A DNA stretch of 64,000 bases from Lama guanicoe (lineage: Eukaryota): positions 2,631,567 through 2,695,566 of the forward strand of contig MU053629.1 of assembly GCA_013239625.1 (NCBI GenBank). The letters run 5' to 3'. Below, piece after piece: positions 13,170 to 25,154 of the stretch. Within the stretch, counting starts at the first letter, position 1. Every line of letters starts with the position of its first letter. Position numbers and translations under genes: made by a program. The notes below the pieces were generated by a model, which made no database searches, was not told the origin of the DNA, and saw nothing but the letters and a program-made list of their open reading frames with translations.

Positions 13170-14420
13170 GACACCGAAGTATTTCGGAAACAACTTCTGC
13201 GGGAATTCCATTTCCTCGGGCGCTTTTCTGCGGGTCCCGACAAGTACTGCGAGTCCCCTTTCTGTCCCGGCATAAGCGGCCGCACAATGACTGTGTGACA
13301 CGGCGGGTCCCGCGCGGCCTGCGTCCGGGACGGCCGGCTCCGCGCCCCGCTGCCCCGAGGGACCCCCAACAGTGGCAGCCCCTCAGCCGAGCCCTTCCCC
13401 CAGCCCTCCGCAGGCCCGAGGGGAACCCTGCCGGGCTCCGGAAGAGGAGCCGCAGGCAGGGCAGGCGGCAGCCCCCGGCGGAGCTCCGAGTGGGGTCTGG
13501 GGACACTTTTTAACGAACGGAGCATTTCGTGCCTCTTTAGGGGTTTCTGCGAAGCGACCCCATTCTAGCCCCAAAGTCAGAAGGCCCGAAAGCACGCGGG
13601 CGGAGGAGCACAGGGGGTTCACCTCAAATTTGAGAAACAGCTGCTCCAGCGGTTGGCAGAGCCCCATCCCAAGGGGGAAAGGGCGGGGAGGAAGCGAAAC
13701 GCCATGCATCCCCTCACACCCCGGAGATGGTATAGGCCTCTTGCCCTCCCCGCGGTCCCCACCGTCGGCCGGGACCCTCCGGGTCAATGGCTCACGTGAG
13801 GGACTACTTCGTTACCTCTTTGCGCGGAAGCGAGCGAGGAGCTGATGAGACGCGCGGCGGTCGCGCCGCAAGTACAGGCGCCGCAGCCGGACATCTCCGC
13901 GGGGCCTAGGCCGGGGCTTCGCCCCCTGCTGCCCTCCGGGTCTCAGCGGTCGACTCCTACTCGCAGGTTCTCTGGCTTGGTTCCAGAACCTCCTGCCGGC
14001 TCTAGGCCCAGTACAGAGTTCACGCGCCTGGCAGCAAGGCCTTCGCGCTCTTAGTGCCCCAGTGTCGTCTACTCAATAGACACCTAGCAACTGGGGAGGG
14101 GGCGTGGGCACGCGCGACGTGTGCGTGCGTGAGACACCGATGTGCGCCGCGGGAAAGGGGGCGGCGACCTGGGCTCCAATGAGCGCGCTAAGGCGGACGG
14201 CCGACCCCAACTGGAGAACTACAAGTCCCTGCATACAATTCTTCGGGAAGTTCCTTTAAGCCTAGTGTTGAAAAGTTTGGGGCTGGGGTAGAAGCGGAGA
14301 AGTGCGTGCTGGGAGTTGTAGTCCCAACTTGTCGCAGTAAACTGGTCGTTTTCGACTGGTGGCAGGGAATTTCAACGTGAGACAGGTGGCTTAGCCGGCC
14401 TCAGGAGGAGTCTTGAAAGC
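13170..14420. promoter_or_regulatory. CLPX: CpG island / CLPX promoter (GC boxes, CCAAT at ~14176, ACTACA-type motifs, no obvious TATA)
   Basis: Abrupt high GC and CpG density around CLPX exon 1 within AT-rich flanks; GGGGGCGTGG at ~14097 and GGGGCGG at ~14158. Confidence 0.9.
13816..13894 (-). CDS. CLPX: CLPX coding exon 1 (79 nt): [26 protein letters not shown](G), mitochondrial targeting presequence of the ClpX AAA+ unfoldase
   Basis: ATG at 13894 (GAG ATG) and donor AGAG|GTAACG. Matches the human N-terminus as I recall it ([27 protein letters not shown]). Confidence 0.96.
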
Positions 14421-17400
14421 CGCCAATTAAAGAAGTTCCTTCTCCCGGGGATTAAACATCCTGTGTTCCTTATCTTTTCCTTATCTTTAGTTACTTCTCT
14501 TGTAACATGGAAGTGGAATTTTTACCAAGTTACCTGAGCAACAACTGTTGCATGACAACTCTCTTTAACTTGTTTTTTCAAGCCTAGGGATGATGACTCT
14601 TCCAGACGTTGCTAGCCCCTGGGTGCTTTACAACCCTTTGTCGGTTCCCTTAAACTTGACCATACCCTGGTTAGTAGTTCCTTCATTAAACTCTTTTCTG
14701 TTACCCTTGGACATCTGTCTGTGTGGCTGGTTCCTCTCTGGATATCTAAAGCAGATCAACCAGCTAGCTGACAAGGTGGAGGATGTTGAGAAATGAAACA
14801 GATTCTTTTCCCATCCGGGTTGGCACTAGCCTGAGTATTTACTTCGTGAATAAGATTCTAATCAACTCCAAAGCCCAGAGAAATTGCCAAGTGATCTTGG
14901 ATACCTTTAGTTCTGAGCCGGCGGGAGGGTCTGGTGGGGAGGGGAGCGCTAATGCAAGCCACAATCGAGTTATTTAGCCCTAATCCATCTTTGATCAGAG
15001 AAATGTGGCTTCTGGTTCCCTGGGTCTGGCCATGAGAAGGGGCAACGGCCTTGGCCCAGGTCACATGTGTTGTTTGTGTCTCCAGGAGCTGACTCCTGGT
15101 ACTCCCTCAGCTTAAAGGGACAGAGTCCAGGAGGGAGTCCAGGTCCTATTCAGCTGCCTTCACTAACAGAATTTTGAGAGAGGAGAGACTCTAAAGTTCA
15201 CACTGTGTTCCTAGAATCCCTCAGAAGCCATAGGTCTTTTGTGAAGTTGAGGGGACTAAGAGGGTGGACCTCCCTGTCTCCTCTTCCTCTGAGCCACCCC
15301 AAAGTCAACCAGAGCAGCTCTGCTTTTATCTGTTTCATTTATTGAGGTTTTGTTTGAAAATATAGTTGTTCTGCTGTAAAACTGTGTTTGAAAACTACTG
15401 ATTCTAGGTCAAACCTCTTTTAGCCTTAAGCTAAGCAGGTCTCATGGACTGAAACACCCAATTTAAATTTCTTTCATTTCACACCACCTTCTATTTAATT
15501 ATACACACATTTTCTTATTACTATAGAAATAAAAGAAATTGTTTGCTAAAATCTACAGATTGCTATAAAGCAAGCCAAAAAAAAATCATAGTTAAGCCAA
15601 CGCTCATCTGGGGACACTCCATGGAGCTTTCCCTTTCTGTCACTTCTAAGCACTTGACTTCTCACTCATTCAGTCAACAAATATTTATTAAGCACCAATT
15701 ACATGCCAGGCACTGAGGAAATCGCACTAAACCAAAAAAAAAAACAAAAGTGCAGTCATGGGGCTTCCATTCTAGTAGGAAAAGATAAGACAGTAAGTAA
15801 AACAAAAATATGTGCCACTGGTATGATGACATAGTAATACCACTATATTGTTTTGTAATATATCTTTATATCATTCCCATGGCAACTGAACATTTAATTT
15901 TATTTATGGGCTGATGTTTTGTGTATTTAGCCTGTATTCCCAATTGGACTCTGATCTCTTTGAAGGCAGTTATTTCATTATATACGTGGGCTGAATACAC
16001 AGTAGAAATTCAGTCAATACTTGATTAAGTACTTATCTTCCAACAATACTTTTGCTTGGCAGAAAGCTGGGATGGTGTCTTCAGAAAATCTGACATATAA
16101 TCAGAAAAAAATTGTAATTGACAAAAGGTGTTAATAGACACACATTCTGCATATTTATACAGTGGTTAATCCAACTAATTTGAGTGTCCCAGATGGAATT
16201 CTCAGGAAATGCCTGATTAACAGAGTGTAGACTTTGTCCTAGAAAGTACAAAACAAAGAGAGCTGTACACAACTCAGTTTAACTTTTTCTCAGATGTGAG
16301 CAAGGGTCAGGTGGCTTTGGCATCAGACTGGTAGTGGTTTCATCACACAGGCAACAAGAATTTGGTAGTTTCAAATACATCACCCCAAAACTATGCTCTG
16401 TTGGTCAATATACCTGGATTGTTAAGGTCAGTACCCAACAAACCTGGATTGGAACTCTAACTATGTGCTAGGCTCTTTGGTGGTGTAAATCTTACAGTGT
16501 AATTCAGATTGGGGAATTGGTACCATGGGGATATACCAAGACTTCCGTTTGGTATTTGAGCACAGAGGAATGTCAAGTTTAAATAACATCTGTGTTGGAA
16601 AGGGTTCACATGTAAAAGATCACTTTTCATGAACCACTTGTCTATTTGACAAAGGAGCATGTTCAGTTTTATAAGCGTACATTCCCTGACATGAAATCAC
16701 AGGTTGGGACAGTGTCTTTGCTCCCAAGTATGGCCAGGTAGCCATGAGATGGAGCAGAGTTTAGTGTGTGTTTGGGCAAAGAGCAATGGGGCACTACACA
16801 AATGCACGCTAGGACCCTTCTCTCTCACTTGGCACTTCATGGGTAACCTCTGGTCAGGTTCCTATCAGGCCACCCCTCAAGTTCTGGATCTGGAAGCAGA
16901 GTCGATTGAGATTTTCTCTTTGATAAAATGAATCCTCTGTCGGGAAAGTGATGGCAAATACTCCATGTTCTTTATCAGCTTTTTGGAAGAAAATACTTCC
17001 ATATCACACCTACTTTTATCTCTCTTCTGCATAGGCTGATGGTGCTTAAAAAGGAAACTCAAATGCAGTTTTCCAGCTCAAGCAGTTTCACTTGAGTTGA
17101 CTCCTCATCTTGAGTTACTTACTTTTTGTGAACTACATAGCTAAAAGTACAATGCCTATGTTTTATACTCGATTCTACCTCCCAGGATTGTGAACATTGT
17201 GAGTTGCTAAGTGAAAAGTATTTTTATAGGTTAGAGTCAGCAAGTCATCCAATATAGCACTGGATTTTTCAGATAAAGAAACAGGCCTATAAAAAGGCAG
17301 GGACTTGATCAAGGTCACACCATAAGCCAGAAACAAAAAGAGAACTAGAGCCCAAGTCTCCTAATTTTAAAAACTCTGTTTTTTAATATTTTCATTTTTT

Positions 17401-18599
17401 AAGCCAAGACTCCTTTTGATAAACGGAAAAATCTTACCTTCTCCTTCACCAGAGATTCTGGTACAGCCTCTCAGAGAGCACAATTCTGTTGAGAATCACT
17501 GTATCTTCTGAATAAAGACTTTTTTTTTTTCATGGCTGAACACTGATCCTTCAGATCAGCAGACATTGATCCTGCCAGGCACATAACAGGAGCTCAACAT
17601 TTATATTTTAAAAGATAAAGACAGAAAAAAATAAAGACTATGTCTGTAGGTAGTATGAAACTCAAAGTAATACTAACAACATCATATGGAATTTTACAAG
17701 TGCTTTCACACCCAGCTTCTCATCTGATTCTCACAGCAATCCAGTGAGGTGCTGTCATTATCTGCCCTCTGGTTTTGCAGCTGAGAAAAGACACAGAGAG
17801 TTTAAGTGACTTGCCAAAGAGTCCAGCAGAACCAGGATTCACACCCTAATAATCTCCACTACTGTTTCTATTACTTCCCTATGTCTTCCTCCAAAAGTTG
17901 GTAAGATTTTAGGGGTCTGCAGAAGCTCTACTCCCTACCCAGAAATATCTCACAACAGGGACTCAAACACTGCCATTTTATTAAGGCAGTGATGACCCTT
18001 GCCCCTATCCTTCCTTCTTTTAAGATTGACCTAGTGTGTTTGTTAAAATATGCCTAGGCCCTTCCCCTAAACAGTTTGATAAAATAGTCTGGAATGGGGT
18101 TCAGAAATCTATATTGCTTGAATACTAGAATCAGGAGATGCTAAGGTTTATTTGCAAAAATGAATAAAGACTGTTTTCACTGTGGTGGTAGAAACCTACA
18201 CCTTGGTTTCTCAAGGCCTTTTTTTAAGGCTCCTTCTAATTACCACCACTTTCTCCCTCAGTGAGTCACTGCCCAGCCTTGGTATTGTAGGGAGACCAAG
18301 AGTTCTACAGGAAGATGCTCACCATCCTCCCGGGCCTGGCCTTGGGAACTGGTGGTGAACTGAGATAGCACAAGTGCCCCTCCACCAACACTACCTTACC
18401 CTCAATTAGGGAGCAGTCCGTTACCCTGATGTTCAGGGAGGTGGTCAGCAGATGGCACTAACTCACCATAGCTTCCCTCTGAATCCATAGGGTAGAGGGG
18501 CGATAGGGTAGGAGTGAAGGGTTTTTAAAGCTAATCCATTAGCTTTTGGTGTACCAGATCTTGAAGACAGTGCTAGGAAATACTTGTTTAGTTTTTGTG

Positions 18600-18701
18600 T
18601 TTTTTTTTAAGAAAAAGAAATTTTTTATAGAGGTACTGGAAATTGAACCCAGGACCTCACACATGCTAAATATATACTCCACCACTGAGTTATACCCACC
18701 C
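18600..18701 (-). mobile_element. tRNA-derived SINE (camelid vic-1-like)
   Basis: Reverse complement reads GGGTGGGTATAACTCAGTGGTGGAG...GTCCTGGGTTCAATTTCCAGTACCTC with an A-rich tail; A and B boxes present. Confidence 0.8.
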
Positions 18702-20289
18702 TTCTTGTTTAGTATTTTCTAAAGGGCACAGATGTCGGGTGGAGGACTGGTGTGTGGATCCTAGCTGGGTCACTTAAGATCAGTGTGTATTCTGGCCAGT
18801 TACTTAACTTCATAAGCCTGTTTTTCCAACTATAAATTAGAGTACTGTTAACCTCCTTTGGTTAATGTGAAGAATAAATGATTCTATGACCCTTAGTACC
18901 AAGTAGGTTCTTAATAAATAAAGTTTTTTTTTTTTTTACTGTACAATGCTGTTATTTATGGCTTTCCTTTTAGGCTTGTAAAAAATCCCTTTTTTATGTG
19001 CTTCCTGGCCGACTTGTTGATGACATCAGCCTGTTCCATTGTACCTTGGCACTGGAAGGAGCTTGCTTGATTTCAAATGCAAAATTGAGAAAGAGAGATG
19101 AAAGAGAGAGGATATGGACCCTTGGTTTATAAGTCCTTTACAATTTGCAATTAACTTGCATTAGCCATGATATTGGAAAATGAGAGATATTTATGCTTCA
19201 GTAACAATTGTAATCATTTCTACTTGCAAGCAGTATTTATTATACACAGGCATCCACTGGGCTTTGTGTGTAAAGTAGTACCCACTGGTAAATTAGTCAA
19301 TAAGAAGATATGAAGAGAAAAGCTTCTGAGCCACCAAAATAGATGTTGCAAAGTTGGCAATTCACAGTTCATGAACTTTGCTCATACCTGAGCCTTCAGA
19401 ATCTCACTGTCTATTTACTCATTTAAAGCATTGATTTGCGCATATGGATCCCCTTCCTATGAGTGAGTAAATTAGAAAGAGGTGCTAGAAGCAGGCATGT
19501 TAACAGCAACCAAAGGGTTCTTGTCTAAGAGCCTGACAAAAAGGGAGGAAACAGACAAATAGATGCAAGAACTCAGTAAGAAGACAGACTCATAGATGCA
19601 GAGAACAATGGGTGGTTACCAGAAGGGAGGGCGTTCAACGGGGTGGGGAAAGTAGGTGGAGGGGATTAAGAGGTACAAACCTTTAGTTACTAACATATAC
19701 TGTGTTCATATATATGTTCAACTGATCCTCATAATAGCTTCATGAGGTACATATTATTTCTTCAGGTTTATAGTTGAGGAAACTGAAGCACACAGAGGTT
19801 AAATAACTTGTCCAAGACTGTACTGTCAAAAAGTAAAAGAACCCATATTTGAATCCAGGTAGTCTGGTTCTAGAGTCATGCATTTGACCATGGTGCTGTA
19901 CTCTGCAGGGCTCACTGTTAGATCTTCTTGGGTGAAATAAACATTTTATTGCAATGTTAGGCTTTTAAAAAGTATAAAAACTTCCAAGAACATGCATGAA
20001 AACTCTTATGTTACTATAAAGGATGGAAATTTGTCATATGAAATGTTTTAAAGAATCAAAAGCAAACTCAAGGATTGTTTTTAAAGTGAGCAAGCAGTTG
20101 AAGGCTATCAAAAGTGACCATATTAAAAAAACAAACAAACAAAAAAAAAACAAAAAATGACCATATAGTTTTGAAAAAGAACCACCACAACAAAAACCTT
20201 TTGAGATGAAAAATATAATTGGTAAAATATGGATAAATTGAGTTAATATTTGTGTAGTGGCAAAACTATCTTCAAGCATTAGGACAAAA

Positions 20290-22066
20290 AAAGACATTTT
20301 CGGGTAATAAAAACTGATAGAACAAAGTTGGAAGACACACTTCTTGGTTTCAAAACTTACTACAAAGCTACAGTAATTGAGACAGAGCGATACTGTCATA
20401 AAAGGAAACAGAAAGAGCAAGAGAATAGAATTGAGAATCCAGAAACAAACCCTCATTTTTATAGTCAATTTCCAACAAGTGCCAACCCCATACAGTGGGA
20501 GGAAGAAGCTTCATCAAGTGGTGCTGAGTCAACTGGATGCCGACATACAAATGAAGTTGGATCTCTACCTATATACGAATACATAAATTAACTCAAAGTG
20601 AATCAAAGGCCTAAATGCAAATGCTAACACTATAAAAACTCTTAGAAGGAAATAGAGATGAAAGTTCCTGACCTTGAGTTAGGCAACAGTTTCCTAGATA
20701 CAACACCAAAAACATAAGCAACCAAAAACAAATAAGTAAATTGGACCTTATCAAAATTAAAAACTTGTGCTTCAAAGGACACAACCAATAAAGTGGAAAT
20801 ACGACCTATAGAACAAATATTTGCAAATCAAGTATTGATAAGGACCTAGTATTCAGAATATATAAAGGACTCTTACAACTCAACAGTTAAAAAGATAACC
20901 CAATTTTAAAAAGGGGGTGCTACAGACTGAACATCTGTGTCCTCCCGAAATTCATATATTGAAACCTAATCCTTAGTGTGATGGTATTAGAAGGTGGGAT
21001 AATTGGGAGGTGATTAGGTCATAAGGATGAAGCCTTAATCAGTGGGATTAGTGCCTTTAAAAAAGAGACTCCAGAGAGCTCTCTTGCCCTGCCCACCTTG
21101 CATCTATGAACCAGGAAGTGGACCCTCACCAGACACTAAATATATCAGCACCTTGATCTTGGGCTTCTCAACCTCCAAAACTGTAAGAAATACATTTCTG
21201 TTGTTTATAAGCCACCCAGTCTTTGATATTTTTTATAGCAGCCCAAATGGATTAAGACAATGAGCAAAGGATTTGAATAAACATTACTCCAAATAAGATA
21301 TACAAATGACCAAAAAGTAGGTAAAAATGATGCTCAACATCACTAGCCATTAGGAAAATGCAAATCAAAATAGTGGATGTGACTTCACACATACTAGATG
21401 GCTGTAACTCAAAAAAGCAGGAAATACCCAAGAGGCGACAAGGATGTAGAGAAATTAGAACCCTCATACAGTGCTGGTGGGAATGTAAAATGATACAGCT
21501 GCTATGGAAAATGATTTTGCAGTTTCTCAAAAGTTAAACATAGAATTACTATATGACCACAGGACCTAGCAATTCCACTCTTGTAATACCAAGAGAATTG
21601 AAAAGATATGTTCATACTAAAACCTGTACAGGAATGTTCATAGCAACATTATTCAAAACCAGCAAAAAATGGACATAACTCAAATGTTCATCAACTGATT
21701 AATAGATAAAACATGGCACATCCATACAATGGAATACTATTCAGCCATACAAAGTAATGGCACAGCAATGAATGCTACAATATGGATGAACCATGAAAAC
21801 ATGAAAAAAGCCAGTGCATATTGTAGGACAGCATTTATATGAAATGTCCAGAATAGGCTAATCCATAAAGATAAAGTAGTTGCCAGGGCCTTGGGGGAGG
21901 AGGGATAGAGTGACTGCTAATGGGTATGGGGTTTCTTTCTGGGATGAGAATATTCTAGAAATAGACAGTGATGGTGGTTTTTACAACTTTGTGTTTTTAA
22001 AGCCATTAAATTGTATACTTTAAAATGGTGAATTTTATGTTATATGAATTATATTTCCATTTTAAA
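20290..22066 (+). mobile_element. Old L1 (L1MB-like) ORF2 3' part and 3' UTR, interrupted by a MaLR LTR
   Basis: ORF 20328-20591 contains FKTYYKATVI...RIENPE (L1 ORF2); L1MB-type 3' end at ~21850-22065. Confidence 0.85.
20918..21259 (+). mobile_element. MaLR (MLT1A-like) solo LTR nested in L1
   Basis: TG...CA ends (tgctacagactgaa...tatagcagcccaaatggattaagaca); the L1 sequence resumes on both sides. Confidence 0.8.
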
Positions 22067-22079
22067 ACCTGATAGTTCT

Positions 22080-23060
22080 ACCAACAATGGCCCTTCACTA
22101 AAATATTTCTAGAAGATATTCTTTAGGAAGAAGAAAAATTACTTTAAAAGAAACGCTTGAAGTGATAAACATGTAAATATATCTAAATAAACATTGTATA
22201 AAATAATAAATATTTTGAAGGGCAAAAAAAGGAATTATTGTTTGAGGGGGTTTAACTGATACTGTTTACTTTTGATTTTGTTAGAAGTAGTATGTATGAT
22301 AAAAATTAAAGAGAAGGCACTAAAAGAATAGAAAAAGTATAAAACTCAAATCAATATAAGGAAACAAAACTGGAATAAGAAAAATATTAGTCAATCCAAA
22401 AGTTGACAATAAAAGTAATTTTTTAAAAATCCACCAGGTAAATGGTAAAAACAAGTCCAAATGTAATTGTATGCACCATATGTAGTATTCACTAGAATCA
22501 CTAAAAAGCAGATTGTAAGTTTGAATAAGTTAATATTCAGCTATAATGCTATTTACAAGAAATATCTTTAAAAAGACACATCAGCTTAAAAGTAAAAAAG
22601 ATAAAAAAGACATTCTGAGCAAATATTAACCAAAAGAAAGTTGGGAGCTATATTATTAGACAAAATAGGCTTTAAGATACACACACACAAAAAACATTAC
22701 GGGGACAAAGAACCTAACTACATAATAAAAGATTCAACTTACAAGAAGGCATGACACTTCAATACATGATGAGCATCTATTAAAATAGCCTCAAAATATA
22801 TAAAGCCAAATAGAAGACTCACAGGGAGAAACTGAGATGTGCATCATCTAATGGATGATTTCAACACACTTCTTATTTATGGAACCAAACAAGTATAAGT
22901 TAATGGTCTTATATAGAGCCCTGCACCCAATGATTAGAAACCATATATATATATATTTTTTAATTGCACATAGAAGCTACAAAAGTTGACCAAGTACTAG
23001 GTCATGAAGTAATACACACGACAGATTTCAAAGAATGGGTACCACATAGATCTCATCTGA
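22080..23060 (+). mobile_element. Ancient L1 (L1M) fragment, ORF1 end / ORF2 endonuclease region
   Basis: Degenerate endonuclease-region motifs (cagctataatgctatttacaagaaa, aaccaaaagaaagttgg, gacaaaataggctttaag). Confidence 0.65.
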
Positions 23061-23493
23061 TGTATCTAATGTCCCCTGATACTTGGTCATGAAAAACTAA
23101 ACTCCCAGTAAACTCACTGTCGGACTGCAAGCCTTGTAGTAACCCAGCCTCAAGAGCCTGGAGACAGTGACAGAGACATTAATAGTTTGTTGGACAGGGG
23201 ATCTTACACGGCCAAAACAAAGGGTCCTGGAGCTACATCCCACTTTGTACGGACACCGCAGCAATCTTCGCTACTCAGGGTAGAAGGAGGTACCATGTAC
23301 AGGAGGAATCAAAGTCAGGTTGACTCATTGCAGGGAAACCAGCAGCTGGGGCAGGGGGCAAGCATGTAGATAGTTACTAATTAAGCCCTATAATTAAGAG
23401 GATTGGATAGTCATGAGAGTGAAGCAGGGCCTGGATGAGCAGGGGATGGACAGAAAGCAAGAGAACAGCCACCTTCAATGGCCTGACCACACA
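23061..23493 (-). mobile_element. Probable ERV solo LTR
   Basis: Minus strand begins TGTGTGGTCAGGCC...; it interrupts L1-like sequence (tctga | ccacaatg). Family not assigned. Confidence 0.55.
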
Positions 23494-23935
23494 CCCACAA
23501 TGATCTGCTCACTGTCCCACTGAAGTATTCACCTCTGGGGCGTCTTCTCAACTCTGAGAATTGCACCACCTCCCTCACAACCATGACTGTATAATAAGGC
23601 TGCTCTTTATACCCTACTCCCCACTATGGCCACTGTTGATTGGTCTAGAGGTGGGGCCCCAATTCAAAATGAGCCAATCAGATTCTCCAAGGAATCCGGG
23701 CTTCCATCAGGACTCTTCATTAGTTTGAAGAGATGGCCACTTCTTCTGTGAACGCTGGGGAACAGAGAAAGCTGATCTGCAAAGAAACCAGGGGTTCCTG
23801 CAGAGAAAAGAGACCACATAGTGAGAGAGAGACTGAAAAACAGACTGACTAGAGAGAGGGGCTTAGAAAGAGAGGGAAACGGAGTCAGAGAGACAGTTTG
23901 AGAAATAGAGCACATAGAGCAAGTCTGAGTTAAAC

Positions 23936-24376
23936 TGTCAACAACGAAATAAAATTCAGACTTGACGAAATTTAAATAAAAATTTTCTCTGCCTGTTTGG
24001 GCCTCCTTCCTCCCCTTTAGTATGTGTTGTGCATCTGCTTAACTAGCCCTTCTTAGGAGATAACATTCCTTTTTAATCTCATAAAAGGTCACAACGACTT
24101 AGGAGGTAACCTTCCTTCTTATCTTTTAAGGGGCCGCAATGACCCGTGAATCATGCTTTGAACATGAAGATCTGGATTGTATAAACATCAGTAATACATC
24201 GTTTGACATGTAAACCTTCGTCTCTAAAACTTATATAACTGTGTTTTGACCTTTAACAGGCAGAACAGTCCTCGCAGCTTTCTGAAAGACTCCCAGGTTA
24301 TAATCCTCAGGTTGGCTTGAATGAAATTTTCCATTTCTTTCTTAGATCAACTATTAATTAATTTTTTTCATCGACA
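23936..24376 (+). mobile_element. ERV1-type LTR (5' LTR of a rearranged provirus)
   Basis: TGTCAA...TCGACA inverted termini, TATA-like ttatataa at ~24231, degenerate poly(A) signal aatgaa at ~24320, followed by a PBS-like sequence. Confidence 0.75.
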
Positions 24377-24382
24377 TATTCG

Positions 24383-24400
24383 TGGTGCAGCTGGCAGGAT
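24383..24400 (+). other. Primer-binding site, tRNA-Ser-like (TGGTGCAGCTGGCAGGAT)
   Basis: Lies 6 nt after the LTR end and matches 14/18 with the complement of the tRNA-Ser 3' end as I recall it (TGGCGTAGTCGGCAGGAT). Confidence 0.6.
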
Positions 24401-25154
24401 AGCAGAGATACTCTCCAGCGGACACTTGGAGTCTACCCCTAGACTGGCACTTGGTACCAGCATAGACCCATTGAGCCCCTCTGTCTTCTCAGTACTCCTT
24501 AGGTGTTCTGGTGAGTTCTCCTGATATCTGGATCTCATTGCTATTAAGTGATGATGCCCTAAATTTTATTCAAGCTGTTTTTACTTAAGACTTGGAGTCT
24601 TAAGGGGCACCCACTGGTGAATTTCCTAGGCAGGGACCTGGGGGGTTTGGAGCAGGAGGCCCAGGGAAACATAGATAGCTGGGTTTCTATTAAATTTGGC
24701 TTAAATTAAAAAAAAAAGTTTGGTACATGGTGTGAACAAAACATTTGCTATTTTGAAATGAAGGACAATTAATTCAGCTCCAAAGAACAAGGGACATCTG
24801 ATTCTTGTAGCCACAAGGTGTTGTCAGGTGACTGAGGGTCAAGCCTCATGACTTGCAGCGGTCCTACAGGGGAAACCCACTACAACTAACAAGTAAATAC
24901 TGCTTATCCAGGGACACACGATATAAAAACTGATCATCTTGTACACCGAGCTCCCACAACCTTTTTAGACTGTCAGAGACATGTAACATAGTCAACCAAC
25001 CCAAGGGTAACTCCTTGGGGAGCTACACTCTGAAGCAGCACACATCCAATCCACTGCACTGTCCTCAGAAAGTTGTTCATATTGTACCTCTTTTCTGAAT
25101 TAGGCTACCAAATTGATGATGAGAAATTGTGCCTCAAAGGCCAGTCAGCTCCCA

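Noticed and set aside
13010..14054. Several 70-170 aa ORFs over the CLPX promoter
   Set aside because: Pro/Gly/Arg-rich frames are expected by chance in a CpG island; only 13816-13894 fits CLPX.
13895..14100. Iron-responsive element or uORF in the CLPX 5' UTR
   Set aside because: No CAGUGN loop and no upstream ATG on the sense (minus) strand.
16510..16545. WYHGDIPR, resembling an SH2-domain start (possible pseudogene)
   Set aside because: The surrounding frame has stops and no further SH2 motifs; likely chance.
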